DNA of 64,000 bases from an uncultured Candidatus Saccharibacteria bacterium (GCA_964495425.1 CAZBVG010000001.1:20054-84053); one strand, 5' to 3'. Numbered from the stretch's first letter, positions 19,660 through 29,196 are shown. Notes: generated from the sequence alone by a model not told the origin. Numbers and translations: made by a program.

Positions 19660-20061
19660 TTATGCCTTAGGCATTTCTGCTGTAAACACAAACATTTGCC
19701 AAATATGACCATTAATATCACGGAATGCTTTATCGTACATAAAAGCCTCTGATTCCGGATCAGGTTTTGTCATATCTGTAGCTCCAGCAGCAATTGCCTT
19801 CTTAAAAAAGGAATCAACTTCTGCCTTTGTATCAAATTGCAAGCACAAAATTTGATTATTATTTATAACTTGAGGCTGAGCATCAATAAAACCCGCAAAA
19901 CGATCATCCTCTAATAGCATTACAAAAGTATTCTCGTTGATGATTACATTTGTACCACCTGGGCCGCTAAACTGTTCGTTCTTTTTCATGCCTAGAGACG
20001 AAAAAAATTTGTCTGTGTCAGCAACGTTTCTAATTGGTAAATTAAGGAATGTATTTTTCAT
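19660..20061 (-). CDS. VOC/glyoxalase family protein
   Basis: FLNLPI, FFSSLG, FRDINGHIW. Confidence 0.85.
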   Translation of the reverse strand: MKNTFLNLPIRNVADTDKFFSSLGMKKNEQFSGPGGTNVIINENTFVMLLEDDRFAGFIDAQPQVINNNQILCLQFDTKAEVDSFFKKAIAAGATDMTKPDPESEAFMYDKAFRDINGHIWQMFVFTAEMPKA

Positions 20062-20260
20062 ATGTTCAAATTATAGCAAAGAAACTTCGTTGTTGGCCTC
20101 ATCGGGATAGAACCACGTCATGCGTTACCCCACAAGGCGGTTTAGACGTTGTTTGTGGTATCAGTACGACCCGTCTTGGGCGATAGCAGAAAGTGACAAA
20201 AGTGACACAGGAATGAGGTGTTTGAGTGTCACTTTAAATCGCCTAATACCCAACAATTGA

Positions 20261-21238
20261 CTATTTCTTCAATGCCTTCCGTCGAGCGGTAACTATATTT
20301 CTTAGCTTTTCTTTCCAGCCTTTTGTATGTACAACCCGTTCGAATGAATCGCCGAATTTGCCCGACATTAGATCCAGTCGGCTAAGCTTGCTCAAATCCT
20401 CCCAATTATCGAAGAGAACATAGACGGCGTTACCGTACTCAACGTTTTCAAAGACTACGAGGTTATCTTCAAGAAGCGCGCCGAAATATCGCCTGAACCC
20501 ACTTTGGCCAAATACCAGACTCTTCGGCTTGAGTGTTTGAAAGAAATTATACCTTTCGGCTGTCACATCTTTCTGTTGCTCTGTCGGGGCTTTGCCTCTA
20601 AAGATTCTCTCGATGGTTTCGTCCAGCGTCCCTGGCGGTAAAATCTCCCAAGATACATGAAGAGATTTGGTGTAGTCGGCGATAGCGGTATTTGCCGCTT
20701 CCACCCCGCAGGCCCCAACATTTTCTTGGAGCAGATTTAAATCTTCAAGAAGATAGTCCTTGAAATTTTCATCTTTCTTGTCTAGAACCTCTTGAACCTG
20801 AAAAGCGAGAATGTAAGTTGCAAGGCCTGGCTTTGTATCTTTGCAAATCATGCTGATCTCTAATTCGCGAGGAGGATGAAAGTCCCTAGGATACTTTTCG
20901 TAGGGAAGATCAACAGTATGTGTACCGTTGTAGGAGTCTCCCCAGTTTGGAGATTCGATACTGTTGTAATGCGTTTCCTTAGGAAGATCTCTTCGTACGA
21001 CCTCGTGTCCGTTAATATTCCTATTTGAATACTTTCCGCGATTTTCAGGAGGGATAATACTTGCGGGAAGTTCTAGTCCTTTCTCTGTCAGGGTGATTCC
21101 TAAATGCTTGAGTCTTCCTGCGGTCAGGTCTTCGGCCTTAAATTTTACCGCACATCCCGCGACAATCTCTTTCGCTCTTATTGTTTCGAGCTTTTCGAGG
21201 ACATTTTTCGGTATTTTGTTGATGTTTTTCTTTGCCAT
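20261..21238 (-). CDS. hypothetical protein (325 aa), last gene of 3-gene island operon
   Basis: Long clean ORF; C-terminal GFRRYFG..VFENVEYGNAVYV..W..LS.L; no family named with confidence. Confidence 0.85.
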   Translation of the reverse strand: MAKKNINKIPKNVLEKLETIRAKEIVAGCAVKFKAEDLTAGRLKHLGITLTEKGLELPASIIPPENRGKYSNRNINGHEVVRRDLPKETHYNSIESPNWGDSYNGTHTVDLPYEKYPRDFHPPRELEISMICKDTKPGLATYILAFQVQEVLDKKDENFKDYLLEDLNLLQENVGACGVEAANTAIADYTKSLHVSWEILPPGTLDETIERIFRGKAPTEQQKDVTAERYNFFQTLKPKSLVFGQSGFRRYFGALLEDNLVVFENVEYGNAVYVLFDNWEDLSKLSRLDLMSGKFGDSFERVVHTKGWKEKLRNIVTARRKALKK

Positions 21239-21245
21239 ATGAGTT

Positions 21246-21656
21246 TTAGAGTTCCACTTCTACGAATTTTTCTCCTGTGGCCGTAAGCTCCCATGCTTTC
21301 TTGGATTCCTTCTTTTCCTCCGCTTCCATAATTCGGCCGGCTCGAATATTCATATTTATCTTATCGTTCACGTTTGCGGGCAGAGCGATTTTTGCGAGGC
21401 GGAATGCCTTTTTGAGGTCGTCTGTATTAAATGGCCTTACATTTTCGAAGTGCTCGATGAAGTATGAGACCGCCAAGGTGCGCTTAACATCGTCGTCGAG
21501 CTTTTTGGTCATCAGGAACTCTTTTATCGAGATCTTTTTCTCCGCAGACGGTTTTTCGACGACAGGTTTCGCTTCCGTGTCAGAAAATCTTTTTTCGACT
21601 TTATCGAGCCGACCTTCGAGGGCAGAAATTCTTTTTTCTAGTTCGAGGTTATCCAT
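21246..21656 (-). CDS. hypothetical protein, coiled-coil plus probable winged helix
   Basis: Start MDNLE 1 nt after upstream stop; C-terminal G.IME..W.LT.TGE.FV wing pattern. Confidence 0.75.
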   Translation of the reverse strand: MDNLELEKRISALEGRLDKVEKRFSDTEAKPVVEKPSAEKKISIKEFLMTKKLDDDVKRTLAVSYFIEHFENVRPFNTDDLKKAFRLAKIALPANVNDKINMNIRAGRIMEAEEKKESKKAWELTATGEKFVEVEL

Positions 21657-21657
21657 A

Positions 21658-22053
21658 TTATTTATTGAGTTTTTTAAAGTTTGCAACGACCTGCGATACC
21701 TTATAATTAGGGAGGGAGTACTTACCACCTTCGGATTTTATGTCCCTGGAATCGAGAAGTGTTTTGAGGGTTCCTTTGACGCTACCCACTGGAGCGATCT
21801 CCAGTTTGATTATTTCTGACGGGCTGATCTTATCCTCGGTGCCGAGAAAAAGGCTCCGCGCTTTCACAGCGGCAAGAACCAGGAGTATTTTCTCCGCGTT
21901 CGGGAGGGCCATAAAGTTCCCAGAGAATTCAAAGGACTGGGTTTCCTTATTTATGCTTAAGTAAGGCGACAATAACTCTGCGAGTTCTTGTCTATTAACT
22001 GCCTGTGATTCGCTCACGAACAGTTTCTGAAGGGGGTCTGTGTTTTCTGTCAT
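21658..22053 (-). CDS. hypothetical protein, probable winged helix
   Basis: ISPSEI....GSVKGTLKTL...GGKYSL pattern. Confidence 0.75.
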   Translation of the reverse strand: MTENTDPLQKLFVSESQAVNRQELAELLSPYLSINKETQSFEFSGNFMALPNAEKILLVLAAVKARSLFLGTEDKISPSEIIKLEIAPVGSVKGTLKTLLDSRDIKSEGGKYSLPNYKVSQVVANFKKLNK

Positions 22054-22305
22054 AATTTTAGTTATATAAAACCTCTAATAATCCAAGTTTACTGGAACAA
22101 GCCGTTGGGTCAAGGGTATTTCGAGGTTTTGTTCGAGTCTTTTTAGTTTTTTATTCTATAAATCTAAGCCCATATTCCGTATAACCCTTGTTTTAAAAGG
22201 ATTATACGGAATAATTCAAGGATAAGTATATTAAAAATAATAAACCTATCAAGGATTTGTTTCTGCAGAATGTCAAGACCGTTTTAATCTTTCGAACCTG
22301 CTAAA

Positions 22306-22671
22306 ATGAAGATTATGAAAAAGAAGAAAATCGTCCTTTACCTCACAGACATAGCGCATCACGTCAAAGATCTTCGGCCCGCAAAGACGCTTGAGAAATC
22401 ACTTAAAGGGCCCACACCGGAGGGTCTTCCATACGGCCGGTTAGCCGCTACCCTAGACAAGGACGGAGAGCTTCGACTTAAACTGCCTGATGATATGCAG
22501 GCGGCGATAAATCGAGGTGAGCTTGAAGTGGTCCTGGCGTTCCCTAAAAAGGGCCTTCCTGCGTACGCGGGTAAGGATACGGTAGAAAAAGTCAGACAAA
22601 TGGAGAAACAAGCAACTAACGAAATTATCCACAGAGAGAAGATTGCGGAGAAAAAGAGGAGTATACTATAG
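22306..22671 (+). CDS. hypothetical protein
   Basis: 121-aa basic ORF divergent from the three-gene operon; true start may be 22315. Confidence 0.65.
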   Translation: MKIMKKKKIVLYLTDIAHHVKDLRPAKTLEKSLKGPTPEGLPYGRLAATLDKDGELRLKLPDDMQAAINRGELEVVLAFPKKGLPAYAGKDTVEKVRQMEKQATNEIIHREKIAEKKRSIL

Positions 22672-22813
22672 GCACAATTGAATATTACAGGTGGTGTACC
22701 GCACTCGTGTGCCATGCCCACTTCGTACAGAAAGCCTAGAAATCAAACCTTGATTTCTGCGTCTTCCCTGCGAAGTGGGCTTTCTGCTTTATAGGCAGTT
22801 ATATAGCACCACT

Positions 22814-24103
22814 ATGTCAAAGCAAAATTTGGTCTGGCGTCCTGAACGCCGATCTGTCAGTGAATTGAGAGCTTGGAAGAAAAATCCAAGGAAGATAACG
22901 GAAGAGGCCTTTGAACGGCTCAAGAATCGCATCAAAGCCCGTGGCTTCCATGATGTCGTTAAAGTTGATACGGATAACACGATCCTTTCGGGAAATCAAA
23001 GAAAGAAAGCTCTCGTCAAGCTTGGTATAAAGGAAGTAACGGTACTTGTGCCGAATCGCAAGCTCTCGGAGACAGAAAAGAATAGCGTCGCCCTCGAAAG
23101 CAATACAAACGATGGTACTTGGGATTTTGACGCACTCAAATCATTCGATCTAAAAGTGCTCACGGATATCGGCTTCGACAAAACAGATCTTGAAAACGCA
23201 TGGAACGAAAATCTGAAAGCGGAAGACGATGACTTTGACGTTGAAAAGGAGCTTGAGAAGATAACGAAGCCTAAGACAAAGCTCGGCGACCTCATCATCA
23301 TGGGTCCCCACAAACTGATCTGTGGAAACTCAGGTGATCCCGCTGTACTCAAAAGGCTTTTCGGCAAAGAGAAGGCTTCGATGATCTATTCTGACCCGCC
23401 ATACAATATAAAACTTGATTACAAAAACGGCGTCGGTGGTAAAGGAAATTATGGAGGAGATGTAAACGACGATCGTACATACGATGAGTACAAGGAATTT
23501 CTGAAAAAAAGCATCGTCGCCGCTCTTTCTGTCACCAAAGACGATACGCATGTATTCTACTGGTCTGATCAAGCCTATATCGGCCTCGTTCAAGAGCTGT
23601 ATCGCGAGCTTGGTATCGACAACAAGCGCGTCTGTCTCTGGATTAAAAACTCTCAGAATCCCGTACCCACCGTTGCGTTCAACAAATGCTATGAGCCCTG
23701 CACCTATGGCGTGAAAGGTCGTCCATTCATATCTCCAAAGATACAGAACTTAAATGAAATTATGAATCGTGAGATGAGCACGGGTAACGCCCTCATGGAA
23801 GAAGCTCTTGATCATCTCGATTTGTGGATGGTGAAGAGGCTTTCAAGCAAAGAGTACGAGCACGCAACATCAAAGCCGCCGAAGCTTCATGAGAAAGCGA
23901 TACGCAGGTGTACGCGTTCGGGAGAAATAATTCTCGACAGCTTCTCGGGATCCGCAAGCACCATGATCGCAGCCGAGCAGTTGAAGCGTCGTGTTTTTGC
24001 TACAGAGCTCGAACCGATTTTCTGCGATCTCGCGATCAAGCGATACGAGAAGCTCACGGGCATAAAGGCGAAGATAATCCGAAACGACCATGAAGAAGCT
24101 TAG
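22814..24103 (+). CDS. phage-type DNA N6/N4 methyltransferase with N-terminal ParB-like domain
   Basis: NPRKI..ILSGNQR ParB-like region; DPPY motif IV; H.TSKP; ILDSFSGS motif I. Confidence 0.9.
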   Translation: MSKQNLVWRPERRSVSELRAWKKNPRKITEEAFERLKNRIKARGFHDVVKVDTDNTILSGNQRKKALVKLGIKEVTVLVPNRKLSETEKNSVALESNTNDGTWDFDALKSFDLKVLTDIGFDKTDLENAWNENLKAEDDDFDVEKELEKITKPKTKLGDLIIMGPHKLICGNSGDPAVLKRLFGKEKASMIYSDPPYNIKLDYKNGVGGKGNYGGDVNDDRTYDEYKEFLKKSIVAALSVTKDDTHVFYWSDQAYIGLVQELYRELGIDNKRVCLWIKNSQNPVPTVAFNKCYEPCTYGVKGRPFISPKIQNLNEIMNREMSTGNALMEEALDHLDLWMVKRLSSKEYEHATSKPPKLHEKAIRRCTRSGEIILDSFSGSASTMIAAEQLKRRVFATELEPIFCDLAIKRYEKLTGIKAKIIRNDHEEA

Positions 24104-24527
24104 AAAGAAAGATCAATTCCTCGCAGAGCTTCGGCGTATCCCTATCGTCCAAGTTGCGTGCGAAAAGTCTGCCATTTCCCGCAACAGCGTCTATAGGTGG
24201 CGAAAAGAGGATGAGGAATTCAAGAAAGCCATGGACGAGGCGATGACAGACGGCGAAGCATTCGTAAACGACATGAGCGAAAGCCAGCTCCTCTCCCTCA
24301 TTCAGGAAAAGAACTGGTCGGCTATCAGCTTTTGGTTGCGTCATAGGAATCCGAAGTACAAGGATAGTATTCATGTGACAACCGAAATAAAACAGGACAA
24401 AGTAACTCCCGAACAAGAAATCGTGATCCGCGAAGCTCTGCGCCTCGCTTCCTTGGATATGCCTAAAGAAGGAACTGAGCAAAAAATTCAGGAGATATAC
24501 CTTAAGAAAAATGATGATGGAAAATAA
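24090..24527 (+). CDS. HTH protein, probable terminase small subunit
   Basis: ACEKSAISRNSVYRWRKED HTH, AISFWL; overlaps methylase and terL. Confidence 0.72.
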   Translation: MKKLRKKDQFLAELRRIPIVQVACEKSAISRNSVYRWRKEDEEFKKAMDEAMTDGEAFVNDMSESQLLSLIQEKNWSAISFWLRHRNPKYKDSIHVTTEIKQDKVTPEQEIVIREALRLASLDMPKEGTEQKIQEIYLKKNDDGK

Positions 24528-25167
24528 CCTCATCTCTGAAGAGTTGATGCAGAAGATTCTCCACGATCGCATAATCCGATCCGAGATAACTCGACAAAGC
24601 CATCTGATGTTCTTTCTTGTCTACTTCCCGCACTACGTGAAATATTCTATCGCGGAATTCCATAAAGATATATTCAGAATCACCGAAGATCAGTCGAATA
24701 AGCTTGCATGCATCGTTGCGTTCCGCGGCTCTGGAAAATCCACCCTGATCACGTTCTCCTATGCGATCTGGTCTATCCTCGGTGTGCAGAAAAAGAGATT
24801 CGTGCTCATCATCTGCCAGACCCAAGCCCAGGCCAAACAGCACATGGCGAACCTCCGATACGAATTAGAGACAAATAGGCTGTTAAAGGGCGATCTTGGC
24901 CCTTTCCAAGAGGAATCAGGAGAATGGGGCGCACACTCACTTATCTTCAGCAATACCAACTCTCGAATCACTATCGCTTCGATAGACCAGAGTATCCGAG
25001 GAATCCGACATCACGAGAATAGGCCCGACCTCATTATCCTCGATGGTCTATTTTATCTGACCAATCTTAGAATCGGATTGCTTCGTAATACGAATTTCGA
25101 TCGTCGGTACGGCCTTCTGATTTCAAGAGATCAGGTAGAGTTGTGTATGAGAAATTTGTCCAGTTGA
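24511..25167 (+). pseudogene. truncated terminase large subunit (ATPase half only)
   Basis: Walker A AFRGSGKST; homology ends at Walker B RPDLIILD (~25044); remainder runs antisense into the next gene; no nuclease domain. Confidence 0.8.
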
Positions 25168-25801
25168 TTTTGTCATACAACGGTCGGCCCATGGCGTATA
25201 CGATTGCCGTGTCATCCTTTTTATTTCCGTACTGATCGCTTACAGGCAACCTTTCCCAAATAATCACGTCACCGATCTGCGGGAAAGATGAAAAGGTATC
25301 TTGAAATATTTTTGCCGCCTCTTTGTGCAGAGTCATTTTCTGAAGATTCGACGTGAGATTCTCACTAGCATTTGTCTTAATGAATGCCGCTTGGATTGTC
25401 TCGGTCGGAGCGTATCCATATGTGCTCAATTCAGAGGGTTTGTAGTTCGTAAGCTCGACGAAAACTACGCGTGGTTTACTCGTATTGGTCGTCGCTCCAA
25501 GTGAGGCTTCTATCTTTTGTGTAATGAGCTGTTCTCTAGTTTTTGGCTTTGGCACTTGAACTGGCTGTGTAGCTACAACGGGTTGAGCTGTTATTGGCGG
25601 AGTTGATTGAACGACAACGGGCGGTGGCACTTCTTCTGCCGGAGAAGCGATGATGGTAAGGATCATGAGAAGAACGAAAGCTCCGGCAAATATTCCTGAT
25701 GATTGTCTGCGAGATTTCATCTTAAACCACGAAGGCTTAATGAGTCCCGCAAAAAATCCCAGAAAGGCCAAAAAGGAAAGTAAGATAAAAACAATGTGCA
25801 T
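25067..25801 (-). CDS. membrane-anchored hypothetical protein
   Basis: Two N-terminal TM helices, Pro/Val/Gln-rich linker, DQYGN motif in the C-terminal domain. Confidence 0.8.
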   Translation of the reverse strand: MHIVFILLSFLAFLGFFAGLIKPSWFKMKSRRQSSGIFAGAFVLLMILTIIASPAEEVPPPVVVQSTPPITAQPVVATQPVQVPKPKTREQLITQKIEASLGATTNTSKPRVVFVELTNYKPSELSTYGYAPTETIQAAFIKTNASENLTSNLQKMTLHKEAAKIFQDTFSSFPQIGDVIIWERLPVSDQYGNKKDDTAIVYAMGRPLYDKINWTNFSYTTLPDLLKSEGRTDDRNSYYEAIRF

Positions 25802-25836
25802 ATTTTTGCTTGATCGGCTTGTAATGTGCGGCGAAC

Positions 25837-25917
25837 AAAAAGCCCGCCACGGGTAGGAGCCGAAGCCCCTCGTACCAGTTTCCCGATACGGCGATCAAGC
25901 AACCCCATGACGGGTTT
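25837..25917 (-). ncRNA. C4/CI-like antisense RNA (cloverleaf)
   Basis: Closing stem AACCCGUCAUGGG/CCCGUGGCGGGCU, GAAA- and UUCG-capped hairpins, U-tract; loop UGCUUGAUCG is complementary to CGAUCAAGCA copies both upstream and downstream. Confidence 0.7.
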
Positions 25918-26129
25918 TTTATGCTTGATCGACTAACTTTCGCCATGCCCGCATTGCTACGGGGTTAGGCTACTTTTACCTATTTAATTGTCATGGACCA
26001 TGATAACTCCAAAATAGCTATCGGTCTATAACCCTAACGCTGAACGAGGCTTTTGCTAAGCCCTGCTGTCAACACGTTGCCAACATCTACTTACTTAGCA
26101 AAGCCAATGGTTCTGTCATCAATATACGT

Positions 26130-27449
26130 ATGGAACTACAAGCCACCGCCCTCATGGGCAAATCAACGATTGCTCCCGTTATAAAAGTCAGGTATTGCCT
26201 CTATGCTCGTAAATCGACCGAAGATGAAGAAAAACAAATTCTCTCCATTGATTCGCAGGTAAACGAGATGAAGGCGATAGCTATTCGCGAAGGGTTAGAT
26301 ATTGTCGATACCTATAAGGAAGCCCATTCAGCTAAAGCTTCAGGACAGCGTCCTGAATTCAAAAGACTTCTCGACGATATCAGGTTGGGTAAATTCAACG
26401 GAATACTTGTCTGGCATCCCGATCGACTGTCTCGAAATGCTGGTGATCTCGGTTCAGTCGTCGATCTCATGGATGAAAAGCATTTGGTCGAGATACGAAC
26501 ATACGGACAGAAATTCACAAATAACCCGAGCGACAAATTTCTTCTCATGATTCTCTGTAGCCAGGCCAAGCTCGAAAACGACAACAAAAGCGTGAACGTG
26601 AAGAGAGGTCTTAGGACACGATGTGAAATGGGATTATGGCCCGCACCTGCGCCGACAGGATATGTAAACAGCTCGAATGTAAATGAGATCTGCGTGGTCC
26701 ATGTGGATCCCATAAAGGCACCGATCATCAAACAAGTTTTTGAAAAGGTTGCATATGAGGGTTGGGGTGGCAAGAAGACATATCTTTGGCTTAAGAACGA
26801 TTTGAAGTTTACTGCTCGGAGTGGAAAGCCTCTCACATTGAGCAATATCTTCATGATTCTCCACAACCATTTCTATTACGGCATATTCGAGTATCCAAGG
26901 AACAGTGGTAAATGGTATCAAGGTAGACACATACCAATAATCTCAAAGGATCTGTTCGATCAAGCTCAAAAACAACTTCATTGCCAAAGAAAAGTAAAAG
27001 AGACGAATAAAGAATTCGCTTTTACGAAACTCATGTCCTGCGGTCTCTGTGGATCAGGCATAACAGCCCAAGAAAAATTCAAGAATCTAGCAGATGGTAC
27101 AGTCAAAAAATATATCTATTACGGATGCACTAAGATACGAGACAAGGATTGCAAGAACGGATACCTCGAAGAAAATGATCTCATAAAACAACTACTTGAA
27201 TTGATGGATAAAATAGATCTCGATCAATCAGGACTACGAAAGAAACTACAGCATGAGATTGAAAGGTATAAAAATTTCAGTGTGGGTATTCTTGGTGGAA
27301 AGAAAGTGGATTGCTCGGTTAAAGACATTGATATACGAAACTACGCGAAGTATCTTTTGAGGGAGGGCAATATCTTTGAGAAAAGAGATCTGTTGCTTTG
27401 TCTAAAAAGCAAAATTTTGCTGAAGGAGAAAAAGATTATTCTCGCTTAA
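26130..27449 (+). CDS. large serine recombinase (integrase)
   Basis: YARKS catalytic Ser, DRLSRN, recombinase domain, CGLCG..YYGC zinc ribbon. Confidence 0.93.
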   Translation: MELQATALMGKSTIAPVIKVRYCLYARKSTEDEEKQILSIDSQVNEMKAIAIREGLDIVDTYKEAHSAKASGQRPEFKRLLDDIRLGKFNGILVWHPDRLSRNAGDLGSVVDLMDEKHLVEIRTYGQKFTNNPSDKFLLMILCSQAKLENDNKSVNVKRGLRTRCEMGLWPAPAPTGYVNSSNVNEICVVHVDPIKAPIIKQVFEKVAYEGWGGKKTYLWLKNDLKFTARSGKPLTLSNIFMILHNHFYYGIFEYPRNSGKWYQGRHIPIISKDLFDQAQKQLHCQRKVKETNKEFAFTKLMSCGLCGSGITAQEKFKNLADGTVKKYIYYGCTKIRDKDCKNGYLEENDLIKQLLELMDKIDLDQSGLRKKLQHEIERYKNFSVGILGGKKVDCSVKDIDIRNYAKYLLREGNIFEKRDLLLCLKSKILLKEKKIILA

Positions 27450-27453
27450 TCAC

Positions 27454-28218
27454 TTACAAAGATTTCGCGCTTACGGTAAGAATCTTAAATATGGTTTTAA
27501 ATGTATTTGCCACATCAGGATTTTCTATGAGAGTGCTTATGATCTCACCCTTGAAGTCTATAATTGCAACCTTGTCGCCATACACCAGAATCTGGGCAGG
27601 AGTGGAAAGCTTGTCTTTTGGGAGACTGTAGCCCACGAATAGTTTGCTGTTACTCTTAGAAGCATACTCAAGACTTCCATGACCCGTCGGAGCCAATATT
27701 GTCGTTTTTATACCCGCGACGGTGCGCTTCTTGTAGTTTTCTTCTTTAAGCTCTTTAACTTCTTGGCTATCAGAATCATGAATGCTTTTTATAACAAAAA
27801 CTTCCTGTCCATCGACAAGGATCTCCCGATAGATCTTCTTTACACCATCGACACCCTCATAGAAAGTAACGTTCGGTTTCCCAGAATTAAGGTTATATGC
27901 GGAGATCAAGTTCCCAAGACCCGATTCGACGATATTTTGAGCACTTTCTAAACTCTTCTTTTTTGAATCAAAAAGTTCCTTGAGCTTTGCGGGGTGGAGG
28001 GCCACAAATTTAGCGATTTTTCCTAGTTTCTCATTCTTTTCAACAAGACCAAGATCAGTGAGTTGGCCGAGTATTTTGTACACAAAAGTCCTATCAAGTC
28101 CTACTTTAAGGCTTATCCTACCTGCCTCCATATAGTTATGTTCCAAAAGAGCTGAATATACGAGCGATTGCTCCTTTGAGAGGCCTGCGTTTATGAGTAC
28201 GTTTTCGTGAGAATTCAT
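27454..28218 (-). CDS. TrmB-family transcriptional regulator
   Basis: GLS.EQ..VY..LL, RT.VY..L..L...GLV wHTH; P.V.FYEG..G; C-terminal IYGDKVAI-like segment. Confidence 0.85.
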   Translation of the reverse strand: MNSHENVLINAGLSKEQSLVYSALLEHNYMEAGRISLKVGLDRTFVYKILGQLTDLGLVEKNEKLGKIAKFVALHPAKLKELFDSKKKSLESAQNIVESGLGNLISAYNLNSGKPNVTFYEGVDGVKKIYREILVDGQEVFVIKSIHDSDSQEVKELKEENYKKRTVAGIKTTILAPTGHGSLEYASKSNSKLFVGYSLPKDKLSTPAQILVYGDKVAIIDFKGEIISTLIENPDVANTFKTIFKILTVSAKSL

Positions 28219-28464
28219 ATGATTTTTATAAGAATGAATAAACCTAATGTATATTCGTTATATTACTATAACAAATATAGGCAAATAAAGCAAGCATTAT
28301 ACAGCCTTAATTATAGGGTTATAACTTTATATATTTAAATCGTTATAAATCTATTTACATATTTACAAACTTAGAATAGAGTGGCGATATAAGGCTCTTT
28401 GAAAGGTTGGGTTTGGGAAGAAACACGCAACAATTCCGTTGTTGGTTTCGACCAAACTCAACTC

Positions 28465-29196
28465 ATGAAAATACTCGTATTCGATGATAGTGCCAAGAAT
28501 CTCGACTCGGCGAAACGTCTTCTCGGTAAAGATCACTCGCTCACTCTGGTGAGCACGTATGACGAAGCTGAGGTGGCTCTTACACCTAAGACGGACTATG
28601 ATCTCCGGAACCGCTTGCTCAAGGAGCGAATCTACGTCGAGGTCGGACTTCCGGGTGATTATAATCCCTATTCTGGGAATAAATCGGATTCGGAACGCGC
28701 CAAATCCAAAATCGCGTATGACAAGGCCATGGAGCTCGCTACGAGATACCCGGACTTCGACGTGGTTCTCACCGACCTATTCGTTCCGGCATCAGGCAAT
28801 GCTCAGGGTCCCGAAGGACTGCCTTTCGTCGGCAAGGAGATGCCGATCGGGACGACTATCGCGCTCCTCGCTATCCGCGCGGGCGTGAAGAACGTGGCGG
28901 TCGTGACCGATATCAACCACCACAACCATCCTGCGGCGGCGATGTTTGATGCTTTCGCCGATTGGAGCGGCTGTCGAGCTGGTGCAGTTAATATTCACTG
29001 CGTCAACAACATCCATTCCATCGCGATCGACAGCGCCACCGACGAGGTTATCAACAGTGATTACCTTTATTCCGCCGAGGGGCGCACCCGCTACTTCTAT
29101 CCGTCTTCGGAGGGCGGTCGCGAAAAGGGCTTTGTCTGGGGCGGCAAGGATTGGTCTCGCGTCCTCAGCAATCTTCTTGGTTCTGGCGCGGCTTGA
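28465..29196 (+). CDS. degenerate receiver (REC)-like protein with large insertion
   Basis: MKILVFDD start, FDVVLTDL, G..IALLA, VAVVT; ATG 28465 preferred over TTG 28399. Confidence 0.7.
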   Translation: MKILVFDDSAKNLDSAKRLLGKDHSLTLVSTYDEAEVALTPKTDYDLRNRLLKERIYVEVGLPGDYNPYSGNKSDSERAKSKIAYDKAMELATRYPDFDVVLTDLFVPASGNAQGPEGLPFVGKEMPIGTTIALLAIRAGVKNVAVVTDINHHNHPAAAMFDAFADWSGCRAGAVNIHCVNNIHSIAIDSATDEVINSDYLYSAEGRTRYFYPSSEGGREKGFVWGGKDWSRVLSNLLGSGAA

